Below are positions 27,101 to 37,334 of a stretch of 42,756 nucleotides of DNA, one piece after another. How positions within the stretch are numbered: the stretch's first letter is position 1; the number at the start of each line of letters is the position of its first letter. Origin of the DNA: Paraspadella gotoi (lineage: Eukaryota; Animalia; Chaetognatha); contig CM119270.1 in the NCBI GenBank assembly GCA_051294375.1, forward strand, positions 18,291,166 to 18,333,921, given 5' to 3'. The translations under genes and the position numbers were made by a program. The notes below the pieces were generated by a model, which was not told the DNA's origin, did no database searches, and saw only the letters and a program-made list of their open reading frames with translations.

Positions 27101-28188
27101 TAAGGTGGCTTGGGTGGCCAGGGAGGAGGCAATGGTCTAATGGAGCTAACATATCAACAAAGAATTTTACGTTAAGCCCGTTTCTTCTGCGGCTACTTAA
27201 CCACGCCGGGTGATTTTTTCTTCATTAAGCCCATTAATTTTATATTCACAAAAAATAATTAAAATAATTATTTTATTAAAATTTCACTTGTTAATTAAAG
27301 ACACAATTAAAAAAATTATCATAATTTTCCGAGAAAAATACTAAAAATAAACAATAGAATAGAAATTTATCAATATATTAATCGTAACACGGCAATATGC
27401 AAATGAGATTAAATGGATTCGATCTCATTCGAAACGATCCACAAATTACTCTGCTCCACCCTCGCCACCTTTAATACTTCTTCAAGCCTCTCGGCGTCGT
27501 GGGCTCCTCACCTTCGGCTCCTCCACTCGCGAGATCCTCACCGGAGAACCTCTCGGCCACGCCCACCTTCCAAGATGCTCGTCGACGTGTGCCTCGTCTC
27601 AAAGCTTCTGCTCTCTTATTCCGCTGCCGTTTTATCAGGCGGCGCGAAAATTGATGGGAGGTCGATGCCGGGTTGGTGAGGGGAAGAGGTAATGGGATTG
27701 AAGGATTATGGTAAGGAAAGATGAGTTGATGTTGTAGTGACGAAATAACTGGTAGGTTATCGCTGTCCGGCATCAACAACTCTCTCTCTCTCTGGGTCAC
27801 TTCAGGAAAATACGGCAAACTGTGTGGGGAAGGCGAAACTGATCAGTGATCCAGGGAAGACCGCTAGTGCTGATTGATGTGAATGTGACTCTTTATAAAC
27901 TGATGACGTGTTCTTGGTCTCGCAGTGATAAATCGCCTCGTGGCCAATTCTCTCACGCTCTCTTCTTCTCGTTCTCACTTTTGACTCTCGCCGTTTATAT
28001 TCCTCACTTCGCGCTGCTTATGGTTTCGTCCGGGTCTTCACGGGTAAGTTAAAGTCAAACCATTTTTCAATCATCAGTCAATCATTATTCTATTACATCA
28101 TCAGTCAATTATCATCATTAATCTATTGAATCATATCAGTCAAACAATCAATCAATCAACCATCAATCAATCAATCAAATCACCATAT

Positions 28189-28221
<33 letters not shown>

Positions 28222-28411
28222 CTCATTAAATTAAGGCAGCGATGCTTCCTTCGTTTTGGACCGTGCATCTTCCACATTCAACTTCGCGCTCGACGCTTAC
28301 GATTCTCACACGTCGTCGTCGACGTTCGTCGTCATCGTCGTCGCGTCTTTGCGGCGCGTAGGGATGTTCTTTCTGAGAGCGTTGGTCAAGGCGTTGGCGG
28401 AAGACGACTGA
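24200..28411 (+). pseudogene. SLC32A1: VGAT/SLC32A1 copy 1, many frameshifts (probably a low-quality redundant assembly copy rather than a true pseudogene)
   Basis: Same exons as 31681-35886 ([16 protein letters not shown] at ~24631-24678, [15 protein letters not shown] at 25229, ELLMTCILY at ~26253, stop at 28409-28411) but riddled with single-base indels in exons and introns alike. Confidence 0.8.
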
Positions 28412-28830
28412 GCACTCCGGGGGATTAGTTGCCGTTCGCCGAAGTCAATTGAAAAAAATGTATATAAATTGGAAATTGGTCAAATCCGCGTGGACACAAA
28501 TTTGAATTTATTTTCGGATTATACGTCCTTTGTATTAGTTTCGATAAAATACCGGTTTAATTTAAAAATATACCCCTATATGATCATATGTCAAAAGGAT
28601 GGGTATTATTTACTCGTCTAATGCCATCGAGCTTAAGTAATAGTACTGCGAAAAAGATAAATAGTTTTTAAATCTGCTTATCAGCAGATCCCGACTCTAT
28701 ACATCTAGGGTTACGATAACCGTTAACCCAGTTAACGGTTTTAACGGTTAAAATTAATTTACCTAACCGAAGTCGCACAATGAACCCGCAAGTGTTCGTA
28801 ACACTCCTGCCTCCCTTCTCTCTCTCTCTG

Positions 28831-28876
<46 letters not shown>

Positions 28877-30359
28877 TCTCTTCTCTCTCTAATTGGACTC
28901 ATCGCGTCATGAATGACATGCATCGCATTCAATGGATGACTATCATCGCATCAATGAATGATTTATCGGCATCAATGTTGACTATCATCGCAATCATGAT
29001 TTGGTTATCATCCCATCAATCCTTTGGTTATCACGCAATCAATATTTGGGTTATCATCGCATCAATATTGAATCTATCAACGAAGGCTGTCTCGCATCCT
29101 TATGCTTTTAAGATTTTTTTAACCCAGAGAGGATCAAGGAAAGGAGGGGCTCCCTTTATAACCAATGTTAATTGTTTGTATGAAATTGGTACAACCATAT
29201 ATAATAAGAGTCTTTACGGAGAAATTACTTTTCCAAACCCAAAAAGTCGCCCTTTAATTTTAAAAATGATTTTATTGTCCTTCGCCCGTTGTGACTAGAA
29301 ACCAAATAAATGTATAAGCAACGTCGTAAATGGATTTGATCATTTAATCATTTATTAATTTATGAAATTTAATAATTTTTCTAAAAAAAATATTAATCTA
29401 TAGTAAAATTAGTTATCATAAAAAAAAACAAAAATTACTTCCTTCTTTTGAAACCCCTTCTCACACCTCGGAGGACTGCGACGCCTCTGTATCCCGAGCA
29501 TTCGGAAGAGGCCGGCCCGGACTGGCTCTGTCGATCAATGTGTTCGCGGAGTTCCCTGCATACCAACCGCTAGGAATCCGCAATGGGTCGTCCGATGTTC
29601 AACTGGAGGCGCGAAACGTGAAGATGACGCAATTCCATCAGGTCGATCGTTATGGTCGGCTGATTCCACCAGGTCGACCATCTGGTCAAGCTAATTCCAT
29701 GCAGGTTGACACAACTATCCAATATAATTCTATCTTAATATAAGATGTCCCTATCTTATCGAACCCATAAACTATATTAAAACACGCCAACGTACTTTTC
29801 ATTATGACGTCTTGTGCCGTCCCGTAGATTTACTCCTAAGTATAGTTATCAGACTAGCACTTAAAAAACCAAAAAAGACCAAAATTGAGCCATAAACAGT
29901 AAAAACCCCTTATCGTGTATCTCTGAGCACGGAAGGGTATCCAAATTCGTTCGCTGCCTCCTGCGCGGATGAATGCCATTGTGTGGTTTCCGCCTAACAT
30001 GGCGCAGGGGACCCCGTGTTGCATTGAGCGTCATGCCTACTTGGGCTGAGGTTTTTTTTTTGTTCATTTTTTTAATTCCTTTTTGTTTTTTGTTAAATCC
30101 GCGCTCCAGTAGCTTTCAAAATAATATTACAGGACACTCCAAGATTTCAACTCGAGTCGCTATACTTTATTAATATCTAAATAATACTCCAGAGCCCCCT
30201 ACAGATGAAGTGGTAACTTTGTTGAATAGATAGCTTATTATTAAATGGATGGATAATTTTTATATTGGTTGTACCAATTTCATAAAATCAGCTCCTTGTA
30301 TTTTGATGCTAGGCGGAGTACATATAGTATTCCCGATCTAATACTTAAGGGAGTGTAAG

Positions 30360-31240
30360 TCCCTTTTCTTTTTCTTTTCTTTCTTTCCTTTCCTCTGTCC
30401 CTTTTCTTTTTCTTTTTTTTCTTTCCTTTCCTCTGTCCCTTTTCTTTTTCTTTTCTTTCTTTCCTTTCCTCCGTCCGCTTATTTTTATTTTATTTCTTTT
30501 CTTTTCCTCCATCCCTTTTCTTTTTCTTTTCTTTCTTACCTTTCCTCCGTACCTTTTCTTTTCTTTCTTTCCTTTCCTCGTCCCTTTTCTTTTTCTTTTC
30601 TTTCTTTCCTTCCTCTCTGTCCCTTTCTTTTCTTTTTTTTTTCTCCTTTCCTCTGTCCCTTTTCTTTTTCTTTTCTTTCTTTCCTTTCCTCCGTCCCTTT
30701 TAATTTTATTTTATTTCTTTCCTTTCTTCTACCCCTTTTCTTTTTCTTTTCTTTCTTTTCCTTTCCTCCGTCCCTTTTATTTTTTTATTGTATTTCTTTT
30801 CTTTCTTTACCTTTTCTTTTTTTCTTTTCTTTCTTTCCTTTCTCCGTCCCTTTTATTTTTTTTATTTTTTTTTCTTCCTCTCCTTTTTCTTTTTTTTCTT
30901 TTTTTTCTTTCTTTCCCTCTCGTACCTTTTCTTTTCTTTTTTTCCTTCCTCCGTCCATTTTTTTCTTTTCTTTCTTTCCTTTCCTCCGTCCCTTTCTTTT
31001 TCTTTTCTTTCTTTCCTTTCTCCGTCCCTTTTTTTTTCTTTCTTTCTTTCCTTTCTCCGTACCTTTTCTTTTTCTTTTCATTCTTCCTTTCCGTCCGTCC
31101 TTTTCTTTTCTTTCTTCTTTCCTTTCCTTCCGTCCCTTTTCTTTTTCTTTCTTTCTTTCCTTTCCTCCGTACTTTTCTTTTTCCTTTCTTTCCTTTCCTC
31201 GTCCCTTTTCTATTTCTTTTCTTTCTTTCTTTCCTCCATC
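30360..31240. repeat. Polypyrimidine ~38-bp minisatellite upstream of VGAT copy 2
   Basis: Same unit as 22660-23760. Confidence 0.9.
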
Positions 31241-31680
31241 CGTAAAGCGCCTAAAAGGAAAAACTTCGCTGCCTCCAACTCATTTTCATCCTCGCAGCTC
31301 AAATGGAGGACAACATCAAAAATTCTCTGATTTTTTTTGCAGATGATAATAGTTAAGTTTTTATTGTGTTAATAAATACACAATATTCACCATTTTGAAA
31401 ATTAACCGTTCGATTCTCCAGACGCGGATTAATTGTATTCAGTTAATATGGATATTTTTGTAAGTTTATGGCAAAGGACCACTGATGGAAATTCAGGTGA
31501 ATTATAGATTTCTCGTCAATGTTTATATCTAATTTCTTTTTAATATTATTCTTCTACTCGGTCAAATACCAATTATCATTTTGGGTTAGTTTCTAAATTT
31601 CTAAATCCTCTCGTCCCAATAATTTCAAAGAAACTGCCAAGTTTTCCAAATTTGAAGATGAGACGAATCAAGTTGAAGTC

Positions 31681-34600
31681 ATGATGAACAACAACAACAA
31701 CAACAACAGTCTGGAAAAGTGAGTTTTGCTTCAACCGAATCGTATTTTATTTTAAATTTCATTGAGACGTAATGAAGTAAAAAGTCTATTATTAATTATT
31801 ATTAAGTACAACCGCAAGCGGTAAGTTTAAAAAAAAAACAATTAATAATACCACGAACTAACAACAGATAAAAGAAAAGAACAAAACGATGGCCTTTGGC
31901 CAATGCCAATGCCAATGCCAATGCCAATGCCAATGCCATAGGCCAATGCCAATTCCAATGCCATCGGCCAATACAGATGAGATTACATACAACTTCAAAC
32001 CAATATTCAAACCTTTTGTTTCGGTTTGTTTTTTTTCACGATCTTTTGTTCGTATTACCTTCGCCTCCCGACGCGACATCCAGCGGAGAAGATTCGAAAC
32101 GATCCTCCGATAAAATCACGACGTGGGAAGCGGGATGGAACGTGACGAACGCGATCCAGGTTGACTACTGAACGCGTGTTCGGCTACAAAATCTATATAT
32201 AGTACTACCCTTATATAATGTCAAAATTTTTTAAATATTTTTTTTTAGATTCTGAGAACAGATTCAGATTTCTCGTTAAAATTTGATAAAAGAAAATATA
32301 GATCTTTTTCAAAAATTAAGTCATTAAGTAGGTTAAAATTATTAAAAAATACTATATTTTTAAACCGGAAATTGAAAATCAGCGTCTTCAATATAGTTTT
32401 TTTTACATTTTTAACCAACTTAATGAAATATTTTTTTTAAAAAAGAATTATCCTTTCTTACGTTAACTTTTTGCAAGGAATCCAAATCCGATCTCAAAAT
32501 TTAAAAATTTGCAATTTTAAATTTTAGCCTATTATGTACTTAATACTATATCTAAATATAGCTCACTGGTGCCCACCAATGTATAAAATTAAAAAACAAA
32601 CATACCAAAGTATTTTTAATTGTTTTTTATTTTCACGTTTTATATGCTAACTTTTAATTTTCTAAAATTTTATAATTTTCACATGACTCTAGTGACCACA
32701 TCCTCTCCCATTCACAGGGAATGTTCGTGGTCTCATTTCCTTACGCCGTTCGTCACGGTGGAATCTGGGCCGTCGTCGCTATCGTCGTCGTCGCCGTCGT
32801 TTGTTGCTACACGGGAGAAATTCTCGTCTCGTGCCTCTACGACGCCGAATCGATTCGAGATGGAACCGGCGTCGATGGAACCGGCGTCGATGGAACCGAC
32901 GTCCAGGAGGAGGTCAGTTATATAAACCACCAAAGCCTGTCCAAAGTCAGGGGCAAGATAGCTTATTTATTAAATGAATGGATAATTTTTATATATGTTG
33001 TACCAATTTCATAATGAATTAAATAAAATTTAAGTTCTCCTCCTCCTCCTCCTCCTCCTCCTGCTCCTATTTCACATTGAAACTTTGTAAACGCCATGTT
33101 AAGACGATGAAAACGGACAGATAGATAGACCGAGTCGAATAGACAGATAGACGAATAGACATACGGACGGATAGACAGACCGAGTCGCGTTTCGCCGCCC
33201 TGAACAAAAAAAAATGCGAATCTCGTCCGTCCGGAATTTTTTGCAGGAATTCGATGGAGGAAAAAACGACAGAAACGGCGACCACGGCAGCGTCGACACC
33301 GCCAGGTCCGGCAGCGTCGGCAGCGTCGATGCCGCCAGGTCCGGCAGCGTCGGCGTCGGTTTGGTCCGTCGACGAAAATCCTACGTTGATATCGCCGTCG
33401 CGGTTTGGGGCGATTATAAAGGGGCGACGCTGGTGAACGGAGCTCAGATTGTGGGTGAGGGGCTGAGGTGGGGTGAGGTGCCTCTGGCGGAACTAATTAG
33501 ATATTTAGTTTATTAATAATTCGTGATTACCAGTTAACTAAAACTAACTGAAAAAAAAAAAAGAGACTCTAAGAATTAGTGGGAACATTTAAAAGTTCAA
33601 TACTATTTAACTTTTTTATTAGCCTAATATTAATAACTAATATGCCTATTGAATCAATAGGCATATTAGTTATTAATATTAGGCTAATATTACTTTTTCT
33701 TCGTCTCAATCGCATCGACTCCATCCCCCCCAACCCCCCCATTGCAGAACTCCTCATGACTTGCATCCTCTATCTAGTTCTGTGCGGCGACCTTCTTGAA
33801 GACAGCTTCCGATGGCTGCAACTTCGACAATCGACGTGGACTGCATGTGCGTGCGCATGTCTCGTTCCTTGCGCTTTCATGTCGACGCTCAAGGTCGGGG
33901 ATAAAACGGTTACTGTAAATTGACGATACAATATTACAATAATACTGGCGCACTCTTTGTTTAGTATTATTCTTTTCATTTCAGAGCGTTTCCAGTACAT
34001 CCTTTTGGTGTACCGTCGCACACGTCGTCATCAACGTTGTTATATTAATGTAATTATTGTTAAAGAAGGAGAAGTGTTAATAAAAGCTTATCAAAGGTTT
34101 TATTTTTTTTCAATGAATTTCAAGTTTCTGCGTGATGCGATTTAACGTTTGGTCCTGGGATCAACTGACCTGGCACATCGACATCACGACTTTTCCCATC
34201 TCTCTCGGTATTAATCGACTTTAAAGTTGATAAAAATAGTATTTGTGCTAAGTATAAAAATAAATGAGAAATTTAGTAGATACGTAGCCCAGCAAACACG
34301 GCTCTTTTATCGGCTCCGGCAAAAACATCATTCTCCCCCGTTTCCGATGTATACAAACAATTATATAGTATATATATTATATACACTTAAACTCGAAAAA
34401 CGGAATGATTCATGATTTAATTGTCAAAAAAATTTTTTTTCACTAAAACCGTTAATCAGGAATCGTCGTATTCTCTTATACTTCCCAAATCTTCGTCTCG
34501 ACTCTCGAGGGAAATTTGAAAGACCCGAGTCAGTTCACGGCCATGATGCGGTGGACCCACGGGACCGCAGCCGGGGCCAAAGGTAAGGTGGCTTGGGTGG

Positions 34601-35886
34601 CCAGGGAGGAGGCAATGGTCTAATGGAGCTAACATATCAACAAAGAATTTTACGTTAAGCCCGTTTTCTGCGGCTACTTAACCACCCGGGTGATTTTTTC
34701 TTCATTAAGTCCATTAATTTTTTATATTCACAAAAAATAATTAAAATAATTATTTTATTAAAAATTTCACTGTTAATTAAAGCACAATTAAAAAAAAATT
34801 ATCATATTTTCCGAGAAAAATACTAAAAATAAACAATAGAATAGAAATTTATCAATATTTAATCGTAACACGGCAATATGCAAATGAGATTAATGGATTC
34901 GATCTCATTCGAAACGATCCACAAATTACTCTGCTCCACCCCTCCCCCTTTAATACTCTTCAAGCCCTCTTCGGCGTCGTGGGCTTCCTCACCTTCGGCT
35001 CCTCCACTCGCGAGATCCTCACCGAGAACCTCTCGGCCACGCCCACCTTCAAGATGCTCGTCGACGTGTGCCTCGTCCTCAAAGCTCTGCTCTCTTATCC
35101 GCTGCCGTTTTATCAGGCGGCGGAATTGATGGGAGAGTCGATGCCGGGTTGGGTGAGGGGAAGAAGGTAAGGGATTGAAGGATTATGGTAAGGAAAGATG
35201 AGTTGATGTTGTAGTGACGAAATAACTGGTAGGTTATCGCTGTTCCGTGCATCAACAACTCTCTCTCCTCTGGGTCACCTTCAGGAAAATACGGCGAACT
35301 GTGTGGGGAAGGCGAAACTGATCAGTGATCCAGGGGAAGACGCTAGTGCTGATTGATGTGAATGTGACTCTTATAACTGATGACGTGATTCTTGTCTCGC
35401 AGTGATAAATCGTCCTCGTGGCCAATTCTCTCACGTCTTCTTCTTCTCGTTCTCACTTTGACTCTCGCCGTTTATATTCCTCACTTCGCGCTGCTTATGG
35501 GTTTCGTCGGGTCTTTCACGGGTAAGTTAAAGTCAAACCATTTATCAATCAATCAGTCAATCAATTATTCTATTAATCAATCAGTCAATTATCAATCAAT
35601 TAATCTATGAATCATATCAGTCAAACAATCAATCAACCAATCAACCAATCAATCAATCAACCAATCAATCAATCAACCAATCAATCAATCAATCCTCATT
35701 AATTAAGGCACGATGCTCTCCTTCGTTTGGCCGTGCATCTTCCACATTCAACTTCGCCGCTCGACGCTACCGATTCTCAACGTCGTCGTCGACGTCGTCG
35801 TCATCGTCGTCGGCGTCCTTTGCGGCGCCGTAGGGATGTTCTTTTCTGGAGAGGCGTTGGTCAAGGCGTTGGCGGAAGACGACTGA
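31681..35886 (+). CDS. SLC32A1: Vesicular GABA / inhibitory amino acid transporter (VGAT, VIAAT, unc-47 family), spliced, best copy
   Basis: Exons: ~31681-31718 (5' end uncertain), 32084-32159, 32718-32912, 33247-33454, 33748-33893, 33985-34049, 34125-34207, 34460-34582, 34965-~35150, 35403-35521, 35708-35886; all joins are phase-consistent except the one at ~35150-35403. Hallmarks: [105 protein letters not shown], ending ALAEDD*. Confidence 0.95.
31899..31972. repeat. (GCCAAT)n hexamer microsatellite in VGAT intron
   Basis: Directly visible; also at 24420-24489. Confidence 0.9.
33617..33689. repeat. Perfect 73-bp palindrome (36-bp arms, 1-nt centre) in VGAT intron
   Basis: TATTAGCCTAATATTAATAACTAATATGCCTATTGA-A-TCAATAGGCATATTAGTTATTAATATTAGGCTAATA; also at 26124-26197 with one extra T. 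Confidence 0.97.
35544..35694. repeat. (ATCA)n / (AACC) tetranucleotide tract filling the last VGAT intron
   Basis: Directly visible; also near 28065-28220 and 39505-39645. Confidence 0.9.
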
Positions 35887-36275
35887 GCACCCGGGGGATT
35901 AGTTGCCGTTCGCCGGAAGTCAAATTGAAAAAAATGTATATAAATTGGAAATTGGTCAAATCCGCGTGGACACAAATTTGAATTTATTTTCGATTTATAC
36001 GTCCTTTGTATTAGTTCGATAAATACCGTTTAATTTAAAAAATATACCCTATATATCATATGTCAAAGATGGTATTATTTACTCGTCTAATGCCCATCGA
36101 GCTTAGTAATAGTACTGCGAAAAAGATAAATCAGTTTTAAATCTGCTTATCAGCAGATCCCGACTCTATAATCTAGGGTTACGATAACCGTTAACAGTTA
36201 ACGGTTATTAACGGTTAAAATTAATTTTAACCTAACCGAAGTCGCACGAACCCGCAAGTGTTCGTACACTCTCTG

Positions 36276-36323
<48 letters not shown>

Positions 36324-36325
36324 AT

Positions 36326-36512
36326 TGACTCATCGCGTCAATGAATGACTATCATCGCATCAATGAATGACTATCATCGCATCAATGAATGATTATCATC
36401 GCATCAATGATTGACTATCATCGCATCAATGATTTGGTTATCATCCCATCAATCCTTTGGTTATCATCGCATCAATATTTGGTTATCATCGCATCAATAT
36501 TTGATTATCAAC
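36326..36512. repeat. 22-bp minisatellite, about 8 copies
   Basis: Unit ATCATCGCATCAATGAATGACT (starts 36351, 36373, 36395, 36417...), preceded by a (CT)n tract; noisy copies near 28895-29080 and 40303-40500. Confidence 0.9.
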
Positions 36513-36899
36513 GAAGGCTGTCTCGATCCTTATGCTTTTAAGATTTTTTTAACCCAGAGAGGATCAAGGAAAGGAGGGCTCCCTTTATAACCATGTTTAA
36601 TTGTATTGTATGAAATTGGTACAACCAATATATAATAAGAGTCTTTACGGAGAAATTTACTTTTCCAAACCCAAAAAGTACCCCTTTAAATTTTAAAAAT
36701 GATTTTATTGTCCTTCGCCCGTTTGACTAAGAAACCAAATTAAATGTATAAGCAACGTGTAAAGGATTTGATCATTTAATCATTTATTAATTTATGAAAT
36801 TTAATAATTTTTCTAAAAAAAAATATTAATCTATAGTAAAATTAAGTTTATCATAAAAAACAAAACAAAAATTTACTTCCTTCTTTGAAACCCCTTCTC

Positions 36900-37322
36900 A
36901 CACCTCGGAGGACTGCGACCCTCTGTAATCCGAGCATTCGAGAGGCCGGCCCGGACTGGCTCTGTCGATCAATGTGTTCCGGGTTCCCTGCATACCACCG
37001 CTAGGGAATCCGCAATGGGTCGTCCGATGTTCCAACTGGAGGCGCGAACGTGAAGATCGACCAATTCCATCAGGTCGATCGGTTATGGTCGGCTGATTCC
37101 ACCAGGTCGACCATCTCGGTCAACTAATTCCATCAGGTTGACCAACTATCCAATATAATCTATCTTATATAAATTCCCTATCTTATCGAACCCAACAACT
37201 ATATAAAAACACCCCCGTCTTTCATTAGTGACGTCTTGTGCCGTCCCGTAATTTACTCCCTAAGTATATTATCAACTAGCACTTAAAAACCAAAAAAGAC
37301 CAAAATTGAGCATAAACAGTAA
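36900..37322 (+). mobile_element. Candidate 7SL/SRP-related SINE-like or structured ncRNA element
   Basis: Bounded by direct repeat AAACCCCTTCTC (36888-36899, 37323-37334). 5' end folds like an SRP Alu domain (CCTC-GGAGG[8 nt]CCTC-TGTAA-TCCGA[GCAT]TCGA-GAGG); also an 11-bp stem at 36980-37012, three hairpins at 37055-37143 and an A-rich 3' end. Family assignment is by eye only. Confidence 0.35.
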
Positions 37323-37334
37323 AAACCCCTTCTC

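Noticed and set aside
37055-37143. CRISPR-like array of palindromic repeats
   Set aside because: Spacers are only 5-6 nt, there are three units, no cas genes, and the context is eukaryotic.
36900-37143. Hammerhead or HDV-like ribozyme; 7SK RNA
   Set aside because: Minus-strand CTGATGGA is not CUGANGA and lacks a GAAA core. GGCCGGC and GCAATGGG recall HDV, but no P3/P1.1 nested pseudoknot could be built. CATTGATCG resembles 7SK but the partner GAUC is absent.
36900-37322. Canonical functional SRP RNA gene
   Set aside because: No GNRA-capped helix 8, no long helix 5 and no 3' oligo-T terminator at the expected place; retained only as a 7SL-related candidate.
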